Assembly (NCBI GenBank): GCA_030141605.1
Contig: JAQGDQ010000221.1
Coordinates: 62,001 to 126,000 of the forward strand
Source of the DNA: Tubiluchus corallicola
Taxonomy: Eukaryota > Animalia > Priapulida
Direction: 5' to 3'
Length of the DNA: 64,000 nucleotides
This document shows, one piece after another, positions 24,401 to 35,999 of this stretch (positions are counted from its first letter, which is position 1; each line of letters starts with the position of its first letter). The notes under the pieces were generated by a model. It was not told the DNA's origin. It did no database searches and saw nothing but the letters and a program-made list of their open reading frames with translations. The translations under genes were made by a program, and so were the position numbers.

Positions 24401-27400
24401 TTTATGTATAGAAGGGTTGACTTTCTGCTTTCTGTTTAGCTCGCCGTCTGGAGGAGGGGTTTAGAGTTTCTATGCTGGAAACTGGTCAACATTGCCTAAC
24501 TCAAAAAACAATCTTATGTCATTTATTCGTCTCAGGTTGCTTCTCTTACACTCCACTACTCTGTTCATCTGTGGGGAGGCTTTCAGAAGAGCTTGTATGA
24601 GCAAAAGCAAGGAGAGATGCTGGAGTCAGACAATGAATCTACTGTGGTGTGCGTAAGTAATGAATAAGTTAAATATTGACAGCATGGAAGGATGTGCAAA
24701 TACTCGTTTTAAATAGGGGTGAGCATCGAACGTTCGAATTCGATTTAAACGAGTTTTTTTAGTTGGAAATCGATTTGAATGTAACACTATACATTTGAAT
24801 AATTCAGCACTTCAATCACATACGTTCTTTATCACTAAAAAGCTTGAAACATCATGCAATTAGATATTTACTTTGATATATATATATATATTTACTTTTC
24901 CATGTATATATCCACTCGAACAGTACTATGTGAGTGATACTATAATTGTATGGTAAGTATAATTATATCCAATTTCACTACGTTATACAACATATGATAT
25001 TAAGTATGTTTAAATATGTTTTTAACGACATACTTGTAATAATCCATATACACACGCATATATACCTGCATAAGTATATAAATCTACAAAATATTATATG
25101 TATATGTGAGCATTTGTTTCCCATATGACAATTTTCAAGTTTTCCATTGAGAAGATGGTATCATTGTGTTGTGTGTTTTCTATGATTTTATGAAGCCTTT
25201 TATCCAGTAAAAGCAATCAGTTCTGTTTTCTTTAGGCGCGAATAGTTGAGTCATTGCAACTGATTTAAAGCTGAATCTATTAGCTTGTTAAATAAATGCT
25301 TAGGTTTCTCTTTCAGTGCACCTTTGTCTATTGTTTGCATCGGCATTCTGGGATACGTATGGTTGCATTGGTTAGAACAACCAAGTTCCGATTCGGTGCC
25401 TCACTACTCGCTGGGTGTCGCCACTTTTGCCCTGTCCGCTATGATAGAAATATTCATTCTACCGGTGGTTGTGATGTCACAGGTGCTGTTATTTGTTAGA
25501 CTCAAGGTAAGCTATTAGCAATGTGTTTCTTCCAGCCTGATAGTATTGTTTTAAATGAAGCACGTAGAAGAAAAAGGTGCTCCTTTTTGAAGAGTGACCT
25601 CACTAAGCCTAATTCTTCCAAGTTAAGTCGGCAATTAAGCTTTTCTAGTTATTCACATATCCTGAATCTCCATTTCATGAGGATCATGTTGATACCAAGT
25701 TCATCACTCTATATTATTTCTAAGCCGAGATAATCCACGTTGAAGTTGGGGTGCTTGCCAGGCAATTCGTCAGGAAGAGCCATCTATTCGATTTAAGCAT
25801 AACTTCAATGTGCTCTTGCGAAGTCCATAGCTACCAACATTTCTGAGGTTACTAAATGTTTTATAGAAAAACGACAAAAAACAATGGCTGACTTTAACAG
25901 CGATTTCCTCAAGATTATGTTTTTCATTGAGCATCTTGCATCTCAACTTCAAAGTGAATTATCTCAGCTTAGAAATAACATAGAGCAATGAGTTTGGTAT
26001 CAAAATTATCCTCATGAATTGGAGAGTCAGGATATGTGAATAATTAAAAAAGCTTAACTTAATTAAAATAAGCCGACTTATGGACGTTTTTGCTTAGCAA
26101 GCACACATTTACTTTTTTAGCTACTCGTTTCAGTTTTATTTCTAGGTCATTGTTGGAGGCTTGGCAATTCTGGTGAGGAGTTTGGTAACTTTAGCACTTG
26201 TTGCTATTCGGCCGCAACTTGGAATACTGGCCTTCTGCATTGCGGAGGTAAAGATAATTGATTACTTGCAAAAATTGCCTTAAGACTTTCCTACTTATTT
26301 CTCAACATGCTAAACTACACATTTTATTTCAGCATAAAAGCAGAGCCATATGGTGGCCTCTTTGAATATTTTTTTTACATTGGCTGAGTTCAGCTTCAGG
26401 TACAGCACTTATATAAAATGGCCTAGCAGAATATCAAAAGATGATCTGTATAATGTGGTGAAGAAAAATCCTTGGAATAAACAAGTAAAAGTAAGCAGGG
26501 GCATATCAGAACTTCATGACACCCTAGGCTGATAGATCTGTCTCACCCATATGTTTTGTGAATTTATGATTATGTGCCAAACAAATTAACTAATTACTTG
26601 TGGTATATTAGTAATACTATTAACCTGGTCATTGTTAATATACGTGTATATGAACAGCGCTTATATAGAATCAGGCTAGGCAACTGCTTGTTGTGTATTA
26701 CCTTGTATTTATTCGTTATATAGCAACTGGTCTCTTTAACTTCCTGTGGTGTGCAATACTTGTTTTACATGAATATGAATAGATATGCATTTTCCTAGGA
26801 GAATTACTTAAAACTGGGCACCACTCAAACTTCGGTGCCCTAGGCTATAGCCTAGTTAGCCTATTGGTTAATACGCCCTTGAAAGTAAGAATTTGATTGA
26901 AGATGCACTAAGATTACCTCAAGAGTCTCCTCTTCCTAAAATTCTTGAAACGTCAAAAAAGCCAAGAGGAGTGCTTTCTGACATATATAGATATACTGCA
27001 AAAATATTTAGCAAACACAACTCTAGATTTGAGGAATGATGCATCGTAGCAGCGGACAGGACTGTGTGTTTTGTTAGAACGTAGCAGCACCGAAACGACG
27101 ACAAAGAGAGCACTTATGCCAAAAAGGGTTTGAAAAAACAATTTTGCTCTATAGGTTGGCAAGAAAACTGCTAGAATGTTTTTGACATTTGAAAGGAAAT
27201 AATAACTTTGAGAAGATTGGTTTTAGAAACTACTTTGGTAAGAGATATCGGTTGATAAAGGGAAGCCTTTTGTCTCTCGTCAGTCTGTGTGACATTCAAC
27301 ATCTGTGATTTATTTGAGAATATTTAAGCATTTATCATTCAACATTTAACACTAAAAAGGTGCCATAGAGTTTGTACCTGTTGGCATAGCTTAATGGTAG

Positions 27401-30400
27401 CATGCTCGCTTACCACGTGGGAGCTCGTGGGTTCAACTCTCCACTGAGTCATGCCAAAGACTTGAAAAATTGTACCGCTGGTTCTTCGACCAAGCACGCA
27501 GGTTTGTTAAAGGAACGTGCAGGTAATAATAATCGGACCACCTTGGAAATAAGTATTGAGTTACTTAAAGTGTTATCCTTGGACTGTATCCTAAATGAAA
27601 GGACTGGAAAGTTTATAAAGTAAAGCCGTACGATTGTTTAGACTCATTTTAACTTACTGTCCAAAATATACATTTTCTTGCCTATGAAAGTTAGCAATTG
27701 TTTCTTATATTTGAATAATTAGCTTAGAAAGTTAATTAACGGCAATCGAACACAGCCATTGCTTACGTCAGAAACTAACCACAGTTTGTGCAATGGTAGG
27801 CATGTTCCCTTGCTACACCCATGTGACAAAAGGCGTCATTGCCAATTTTGGGAGATTCACTGAGCCGCGCGTAGCTTTGTAACGTCAACAAAATTTGAGT
27901 ATCTGAGGTAATCATCTGAGCTTTGATGTAAAAAAGCTATTGTAGTTTTCAATATTTTAGAGCATGCTTTATTCGGAACTAAAGTTTACACAATCGTTAA
28001 GGTTTTCCTTTAATGCGTAGAAGGACCAACATGTGCGAATTGACTCAATCATACTTTTCATTCCTATAGTAAAATAAAACTAGCAGTTATTGGTCAAACG
28101 GTATGGAATTTATACAGTAGTAGAATAATGCTTTATCTAATGGCAGATTTCACAGTTCTTCTACAACCTGCATTGAATAAAGTCATCTATCTGGTGCCTG
28201 TCCTGAGACCTCACACTCAAGAAAGTTTAGGCCACGAGGTTTTGACTCACAATGAGGGTTTTCTGATTTACATTCCCTTTTACTATTGTGATGTAAGTAC
28301 AATCTGATGACCTATATTGTACAATATATATGGACGTCTATGGACACAGATGGTAATTGCCTATTAGGTAACTGCCTGTTCCTAACACGTTAAAGGACAA
28401 GAAAAGGGGTTCCTAAAGTAGGTTCGAGAAAAATCGTTCTAATAAATTATATTACCTTATAGCCTTATTATGCGTATATCGTGCTCACGTTAAAAGCAAT
28501 TTTTGTTTGTTTTCATTTTAAATCTCCCGTAATACTGATCCAAAATTGCCATTATGTGATGTCACCTATGCACAATGTAAATCAGGGGAAGAAAAGGAAA
28601 TGCTAAATTATGTCCCAAAGCACTTTCTATACAAAGTTATATTACTTAGCATTTCGCTTACCTGATTGAAACACTTATGTAACTAAAAAAGGAAATTATT
28701 AATTATTTCAAATGTTTTTGCCAATTGGTAAAATGTCGCTGACTCACTCTCCAGGATGCACCACTCACTAACCAAAAAACATCTTTAATCTTACTGGCAA
28801 GGTACAGTAATTTAAAATTTTACTTAGTGATGTGTGCGCTACGAATGTTTTTATTATTTTTTCAAACTTTATTCAGTGTTATCTAAACTTGTTTCAAATG
28901 ACTTATCATCAAAATGGCTGCATCTAACGGTCATCGCGGGAGTTTAAATTTACATGTTTTATACAGCGTTACTGCCAATGCAAGCCCTGAATGTAAGTGG
29001 TATAAAATTTTTCAGACTTTACAGAATATTATCTAAACTTGTTGTAACCAACCTGCCATAAAAATGGCTGTATTTAACGGTCATCGCAGGAGTTTAAATT
29101 TATAAGCTTTATACAGCATTGCTGCCGACACAAGATCTGTGCAAAAAGGCAGTACGTGTGTGGTGTAAAATTTTAAGAGAGATTTTTTAAGCTTTATGTA
29201 AGTGGAGGGTTTTCTTAAGCTTTAAAGTGACACTTCAGTGCTGAAATTACGTGCAATACTAGCTAGCAGCAAACTAAGAAACCTAGTAAAAAATATCAAT
29301 ATATCCTCCAGAGATTTGAGAGATCTACACAAAATAATAAAATGCATCACTTGACACGCCCGGTCCATCTAGTGTTAAGTCTTGAAATGCTTCTGCCGGA
29401 AGCTTAATTCTGTTTTTCTTGCTTTCAGCTTTCCTATTCTGGACTACAGGTGGTGCTGTATTATTCATACTTCATTTTGTATGCCAACCATTCTGTTGCT
29501 CATAAGAAAGATGAAGACTTTCCTTTTGCTTCGTGGCGAGAATTTTTTCCTCACCGTTGCCATGACAAAGTAAGTTGATTGACAGTTTTTTAATAGATGT
29601 TGCAGTTTATTGGTTAGACAGACAGAGAGAGAGAGAGAGAGAGCGGGGAGAGCGAGAGTGTGAGAAGGGAGAGAGAGTGAGAATGGGAGAGAGAGAAAGA
29701 GAGAGAGGGGGGAGAGGGAGAGAGAGAGAGAGAGGGGGGGAGGGAGAGTATACAATGTCTATCGAATAAACAATGGCAATTATAATAAACAATGGCAATC
29801 ATAATAAACAATGGCAAACAGAATAAACAATGGCAAACATAATAAACAATGGCAGACAATAAATAATGACAATCTTAATAAACAAAAGCAATCATAATGA
29901 ACAATGGCAATCATAATAAACAATGGCGATCATAATAATGGTAATGGCGAGTGGTTGCTGTGTGACCTTGGATGTGAAAGTTAATCACCACCAAGCCTTA
30001 CCAGTGATTGGATAGATGACCAGATCAGTGTTTTTGGGCTGCATTCTTATAGAGGATTATACTTGATAATGAGCAACATTTTCCATTCTGCCACAAGTAG
30101 TAGGTTGTGCGGTGGTGTGCATATACAAGATTGCGGAGTGCCAGGCAGAGTAGAAAGAGTAAAAAATACTAAACTCTTTCCTTTTTTCATTTAGCCTAGC
30201 ATCAGCCATGATCAAGCTCTACTTGCTGTCAGTTTTTTCAAGCAAGGATTTCTCAAACAGTTTCTGACCGAAGGCGAGCGCTACGTCATGACGCTTTTCA
30301 ACGTCGTCGATTTTGCCCATCAAGGCACGTATGACATCATCAACAACTTGGGCTCTCTCGCTGCTCGGTTCATCTTCCTGCCAATAGAGGATGCTGGCTA

Positions 30401-33079
30401 CTTATTCTTCACGCAGTTAATTGACCGCACTCAGCCAATTGAAAAACAAGCACAGGTAACTTTGTCGTGAATTCGTGATTTGTAAGTAGAAATGCAGATC
30501 TCTATGAAGGTTTTTAGACACATTTGAGTATCTTTCTTTTTATATATAAATATATATAATGCCTCCTCTTTATAATGCGAACCTTCCTTAAAGCAAGAGA
30601 AAACCCTCCACTTACATAAAGCTTTAAAAATTCGTCTTGAAATATTACACCACTTACATACTGCCTTTTTGCATACAGGGCTTGCGTCAGCAGCAATGCT
30701 GTATAAAACCCGTAAATTTAAACTCCCACGATGACCGTTAGATGCAAGGTATGGGCATCATACAGGTACAGTAATGGTACAGATACAGATACAACCTTTG
30801 CTGTGCATACTAAATTGAAGATTCATACTTCTATGCCAGTAGCACTACTTCAATCGGTTAATAGGTGTCAGAAAATCTGCTTTGAACCAAGCCTGGCTTC
30901 TTTGGTGGCCTTACAATATTATTTAGATCGTATGCTTCGTTCATGCATGTGTAACCATGCGTTTAGTTAACCTTGCCTATAAAAAGGATGTATCATGCTG
31001 ATCGGTGACCACCTATCAGCTGGTACCACAAATGGGTGGACCCTTTTTCTTGTTTTTTATATAGGCCTGTATGTGAGATTATTCATTTAAAGTGCTGTGA
31101 ATCATGTGATTATTTTTGGTATGATTTGTAACTTAATTTGAAATGTAAAGTGTAACAGTTAAATTTGAATTTTGTTAATAAAGTGTAGTATTAGTTTGGC
31201 CACAATTTATACAAATCGTTATGTTTCTCTAATGACTATTTTTGACTTGATTATTTTCACAGCACAATTAATGCAGAATTACAGGTAAGAGCAAGTCAAT
31301 CAATACCCACTAAGGTTTAAGCGTAATGCAACCTTTCTGACTGCAATAAATTAGTCATAAATTAGTGTTAACAGTGCACGATCGGGACAGGCTCTCTCCC
31401 TCTCTTTAAAGCTATTTAGCATCAAATTCAATTTTTTCGATAATGGGTTCAGTCGGTTAATTGAGGCAAAACACTTCTGCCCAAGAGTGAGTCTATTAAG
31501 CGGTGCCTACTGTATTAAATTTATCAAAAAAAGTTGCAATTTAAATCACTTGTGATATTTTAATCATAATGAACCTTCAACATGCATTTTCTTCCAGGAA
31601 CCAGTAGAATTTGCTGCAAAAGTTTTAAAGTTGCTACTGAGATTTGTCACTTTGGTCGGCCTCGTCATTCTTATCTATGGTTACGCGTACTCATTCTTGC
31701 TGTTGGATATCTATGGCGGAGTCACTCTTAGCTCTGAAAGTGGTAATTACAACATTGTGTTAGAATCACTTTTTCTGGCCGTGCTATCACTGCCTGAATC
31801 TCCCGAATCTACATTTCATGAGGATCATTTTGATACCAAGTTCATCACTCTATGTTATTTCTAAGCTGAGATCATCCACGTTGAAGTTGAGGTGCCGGCT
31901 GCACACTGAAAAACAGTCTTGAGAAAATCACTGTTAAAGTCAGCCATTGTTTTTTGTCATGTTTCTACAAAACACTTAGCAACCTTTCAAACGTTGGTTG
32001 CTACGGACTTTGTAAGAACACATTAAAGTTATGTTTAAATCCAGTAGATGGCTCTTTGTGACGAAGGTCTGGGCTTGGCAACAGAAAAAACTCAAAGCCA
32101 AATGGCTGCTTTCAGGAGCTACTATTGGAAAATACAAGTTTTTTACAATTGCAGTACTAGTTTCTAGCCAGAAAACTGAGTATGGGGTTATAAAATTAGA
32201 TTTTTAGTATTTTTCAAACATTTTCTTGATAATTTGATGCTAGAATATAAGAGTCCAATATATTTAGCGTTTGTTTAATTACAAAAAACAAAAAAATTGA
32301 CATTTGACCAAATTTTTGGTGCATCCTACATTGATGCACCATAATGTAGTTTTAACTATGCCGACTTATGCAAGATTTTGGTTTGCAAGCACACATATAA
32401 CATGCAAAGTAAGGGACACCTTTTTGCATTTTAAACAAGCAATATCTAATTAAACGTTTTGCATTTCTAGTGTTACTGAGATGGTACTGCGTCTATGTGC
32501 TGCTACTTGCAATCAATGGGACCACGGAGTGCTTTGCTTTCGCTGCAATGAACAAACGCCAAGTTGATTCTTTCAACAAGAAGATGTTGGCATTTTCTCT
32601 CATGTTCTTGGGATCCTCTTGGTATCTGACTAGGGTGTTTGGCAGTGTTGGATTTATTCTGGCTAACTGTTGCAACATGTCTGCACGTATACTTCACAGG
32701 TATGTAATGTACAGTTAGTCCTCGCACAACGGCTACCCGTTTAACGTCGTTTCGCTTAACAATGTTTCGTTTAACGTCGCTGAACGTTTGACACTTTTTT
32801 CTTATTTAACGATGCACGTTTCATTTTAATAACGATTGTTTTACTTTGCCGATGGCCAATTTTCATGTAATACAGTATGTCTTTGCTTAAAGGACAAGAA
32901 AAGGGGCAGCTGAAGTAGGTTTCAGAAAATTCACCTTAAAAAATTATATTACTTTATAGCAATTTTATGCGTATATTGTTCACACGTTGACAGGAATTTT
33001 TGTTTCTTTTCAAGTTAAATCTCCTGTAATACTGTTCTGAAGTTGCCATTGCTTGATGTCACTACGCAACAAAACATAA

Positions 33080-33120
<41 letters not shown>

Positions 33121-34367
33121 CCCTTTCTCCCTCTGTCCTTCTGCTTTCTCTCTCATCTCCTGTCCCTTTCTTTTTCTGGCTCTTATAACAATACCCCTTT
33201 CCTTTTTTACTTGCTTCAAAATCCAGATTTTTACATTTTTCTTTTGATTTCAGTATTTATTTTATCCAGCACTACTTCAAGGTGACATCGCTGCGACCCC
33301 TATGTGGTCTCTTTCCCTCTCTCTGTGTGATGTTCTCTTTACTAGTCAGTCTTGCTATAACTGCTGCCTCAGAGGTAAGTTATTTCGCATAATAGACATT
33401 TGTTATGTTTGATAAATTAAACAAAATACATCTGCCTGTAAACCTCATTATAGCTGCCTTAGGAACTAATGATCTGTTGAAGTTGTTTTGGTTCAGAAAA
33501 GATGAATTTGATTGTGCTTGCAAACCAAATCCGTCCACAAGTAGGCATAGTTAAAACTACGTTATGATGCTTCAAAGTAGAATGCACTAAAAATTTGGTT
33601 GAATGCCAATTTTTTGTTTTTTATAAAAACAAACGCTAAGGATTTTTACTTTCTATCATCAAATTATCAAGAAAATGTTCAAAAAATACTAAAAATGCAG
33701 TTTTGTAACTCCTTGCCCACTTTTCTGTCTAGAAACTAGTACTGCAATTGTAAAAAACTCCTATTTTCAAGATCCGTTAGTGCCTCGTGAAAGCAGCTAT
33801 TTTACTTTGGGTTTTTCCTGTTGGCAAGCCCAGATCTTTATCGGGAAGAGCCATCTACTGGATTTAAACATAACTCCAGTCTATTTTCAAACTCTGCTTC
33901 TAGCTCCTGGAGGCAGTCATTTTGCTTTGCATAACTGTGCGTGAGCAAAACGAAACTGTGAAAAGGCTTATTACTGATGATTTACTGGTTAACCAAGCGG
34001 CATGCCTTAGCTACACTTACTGAGTTGTCGTCTAAGTTTTTGTACAGAGTTTCTTTTAAACGAGCTGTCTTTTTAAAGATTCGTTCTTGCAAGGCATTTC
34101 CAACTTACTGTGTTATTCAGTCAGTAAACAAAACTCACTAAACCAAATAAGCATATCGGGCTGTATATAATTGCATTCCTGTTTTTCCTGTAGAAACTGT
34201 TCTGCTGTGATCGTGGACTTCAGTATCGACTACTGCATGTGATAATAGGTGGCGCCAGCCTGCTGATCGTTGCCACGGTTACGTACGCCTCTGAGGTGGA
34301 ACTTGTACAGTTCGCTCGCGAGCAGTGGCTTCACAGGAAACAGCAGACACGATTAAAAACAGAGTGA
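15448..34367 (+). CDS. RFT1: RFT1, Man5GlcNAc2-PP-dolichol translocation protein; 11 exons, ~546 aa
   Basis: GT-AG exons 15448-15522, 20224-20309, 24536-24652, 25317-25506, 26146-26247, 29429-29569, 30195-30455, 31598-31742, 32471-32699, 33254-33374, 34194-34367 join in frame (1641 nt). RFT1 motifs [92 protein letters not shown]. Confidence 0.95.
15755..16528 (+). CDS. LINE AP-type endonuclease domain
   Basis: [48 protein letters not shown]. Confidence 0.9.
   Translation: MADPDLNFFNTPNLIPKSNYYDEDQFTSLYSNTDFNTPLSMIHVNIRSLKANFDYLNVYLESLTISFSIIALSETWLQDDSGVTISLPGYEFECINRKHKSGGGVGLLIRKDIPYTVRKDLCHINDPDIESLFIELRSKNKNTIMGVIYRPPGENPNHFTDKIQNTMAIVNRQNKHIFLLGDYNINLINHASHNETGHFLDTMLTNYLFPTVTRPTRITPYSATLIDNIFTNALDYKYKSGIFLTDITDHLPIFFNY
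16560..18542 (+). CDS. LINE reverse transcriptase (frameshifted from the EN ORF)
   Basis: [53 protein letters not shown]; frameshifts at ~16520 and ~18530. Confidence 0.93.
   Translation: MRKHTYNVHIKNKIIQDLNQCDWSDLYSATNTEDAYNLFHTKLSDIYNKHIKLQKSNNNHQAAKKPWITTAILVSVKRKNKMYRSLVNKAGNDVSEIEYKRYRNELNTVIKASKCQYYRDRLMTVKDNIKKTWDTMKEIMHKERQNRPIMLFINNKLIKNNVEVANAFNDYFANIGPILSEQIENTNINPCTYLKGTYRQSFFISAVTENDIINTCKSFNRNKGPGKDKMLPKVVIDTIDYISKPLQYLINLSFLTGEIPTKLKESIIVPLFKSDDPMSLNNYRPVSLLPFISKILEKVFYNQLSHYLIKKRILSNKQFGFRKGSSTEMALTKIIENIINTVEKNGTSYGVFCDLSKAFDTVNHDILLNKLYYYGIRVLPHMWLKNYLTGRTQTVKYNNAFSDVTTIKCGVPQGSVLGPLLFLIYINDIKFCVKNHNLFQFADDTSIFFSFHKIETNIDYINTVLHDLAIGFKTNKLSLNSSKTKYILFRSRNKPIQANHDLIIDHKRITRVKELKFLGLILNEHLDWRPHIFMIRLKISKNIGIISYIKNVLNTEHLLTLYNSLILSYLNYCTTLWGFTYTTNLECLRVLQRKFLRVIFKLDKRSTITTTHFKQCQILLLDDVINFNGCIYMYRTNNNLFPTFFENPVKINVKKIQYQT
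20390..20695 (+). mobile_element. Partial copy of the hAT MITE family (as 26496-26881)
   Basis: ttctacgtggtcattattaattacatg...ctaggctgtaggctagttagcctgttggttaatac shared with other copies. Confidence 0.7.
21615..22634. mobile_element. Non-autonomous DNA transposon, CAG(T/G)GG(C/T)GGAT TIRs, 5-bp TSD atgtg
   Basis: caggggtggat...atccgccactg, flanked on both sides by atgtg; related copy ~52250-52704. Confidence 0.65.
22748..23177. mobile_element. hAT-type MITE
   Basis: TIR tagtgttgctc/gagcaacacta; perfect 8-bp TSD gtataaaa; internal cggata subrepeats. Confidence 0.9.
23600..24057. repeat. agtaat/ttacccttgctaaaa repeat region with a 101-bp duplication around a G/T-only tract
   Basis: 23656-23756 matches 23866-23966; 23757-23865 contains only G and T. 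Confidence 0.8.
26496..26881. mobile_element. hAT-type MITE
   Basis: TIR caggggcatat/atacgcccttg; 8-bp TSD aaagtaag. Confidence 0.85.
27377..27625 (+). mobile_element. tRNA-derived SINE
   Basis: A box tagcttaatgg, B box ggttcaactc; body gagtcatgccaaagacttgaaaaattgtacc resembles (from recall) the MetaSINE central domain. Confidence 0.65.
28393..29223. mobile_element. Kolobok-like non-autonomous transposon (TTAA-flanked)
   Basis: ttaaaggacaagaaaa ... ggagggttttcttaagctttaa; inverted copy 58088-58517; fragments at ~30587, ~32887, ~42700. Confidence 0.6.
29623..29750. repeat. GA-rich microsatellite
   Basis: Direct inspection. Confidence 0.9.
29765..29945. repeat. ~19-bp tandem repeat (aataaacaatggcaatcat)
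   Basis: About 9 degenerate copies. Confidence 0.85.
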
Positions 34368-35117
34368 CGACATCTTAGGACATTTTCTTATCTTCTTTAA
34401 AGCAAAAGCTTTCTGGAAGTTTCGAGAAAAATCTTAATAAGTTTCAGCTATAAAATTGTGATAAGCATCTCGTGTAATTAGTAAAATCAATTTAAAGGCG
34501 CCGTCACGTCACACCTGGGCGTGTTCATTTTAGACGAAAAATGGCATCATCCGATTTCCGTGCAATATAAACACTTATCCCGCCAGGTGCTTAAGAATCT
34601 TTTTTTAACTTAAAGAGCAGCGAACCCTATAAAATAAGTAACCAACCCGGCACCTACTACATGCTGGCATGTGTCTAAGTCAAAAATTTGTAAATTAATT
34701 ATTCACACAATTAATGTTAATTACTTACACATTTTAAAGTGTAATATGTAGATTAAACCACTGTATCCACTTTAAATTTGATCATAATTCATCAAATGGC
34801 TAATTTTTACATATGCACAGTTAAATACAATGCTAGAATAACGGAACTTCTAAATAAACTGTAGAAATTTCTCAATGAGTACCTTCATCACAGTTTGCCT
34901 TCATCGCATTCACACTGCCCAGCAGACACCAGCTTATGCCATTTTTTTTAAATATGCCAGCATCAACATTCGTTTGTCGGGAGATAAGAAATATTTTAAA
35001 TCTCTTTCACATTTTTAACAAAGCATTCTATAAGCATATTTTGTATTTTGATTTCAATATTTTTAATTGTACATTAAAATGCAATAAATGTCATTCGTGG
35101 GTTGGTTTCTTCTTTTT

Positions 35118-35999
35118 AGCTAGGACTCCATGTGCACATAATGTGTAATGCATGATCCGTAATGCGTGATGTGTAATGCATGATCCGTAATGCGTGATGT
35201 GTAATGCATGATCCGTGATGTGTGATGCTTAATGCATGATCCGTAATGCGTGATGTGTAATGCATGATCCGTAATGCGTGGTGCGTAATGACTGTTTCCA
35301 TGCATTCAAAAATGCTATGCATGTTAACTAAATTCATGGCATTCTTTCCGCCCTTTTTGATCGCTATTCTTGAAAATTGCAATCAATAATTTTTGGAAAC
35401 CATGCCTCTGACAAGATTTAAGCATGATAATTACAGCTGCGACATTAGCTTATTATTGTAATATTAGATGGAAAAGAAAGCACAGATTTTGGGTGCACAA
35501 CATTTTGCAGGGGAGAGAACAATATGGCACGTATCATTATTTAGTGAAGCAACTGCAGTTAGATGTGCAACACATAACTACATGCTTCTTCCACCTCTGA
35601 AAAACTCAAATAAAAAAAATATTATTGTTTATAGCCTAGGTCCTTAAAAGTGACCAAAACTAGCCTAACTAGAATTTGCCGAAAGCTAAACAGCGAAAGT
35701 GGTCACCGGAAACTTGAAAACTCGCTATAATCACTTAGGCAATGGCAGTTTCCCGTCTGCAATTTGGTGCGTGATGCGTATTCGGATGATAGTGATCACG
35801 CTCGAATGAATACGGATCATGCATTACGGATTGAGCATTATGCACACATGGAAACACTTCTGCATGTTTAAATACAAACTGCTGTGTACACATTACGCAT
35901 TACCTACACATGGAAACACTTCTACATGTTTAAATACAAACTGTTGCATACACATTACGAATCATGTATCGTGCATTACGTACACATGGAGTCCTAGCT
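35118..35999. mobile_element. Non-autonomous TIR element with internal 28-bp tandem repeats
   Basis: TIR agctaggactccatgtg/cacatggagtcctagct, TTAA on the right side; unit tgtgtaatgcatgatccgtaatgcgtga x~5 at 35142-35290. Confidence 0.75.

Noticed and set aside
27377-27450. tRNA gene
   Set aside because: A and B boxes are present but there is no convincing acceptor stem, and it continues into a SINE body; the same applies to ~50810-50880
35116-35382. His-rich repetitive ORFs
   Set aside because: Arise from 28-bp tandem repeats inside a TIR element
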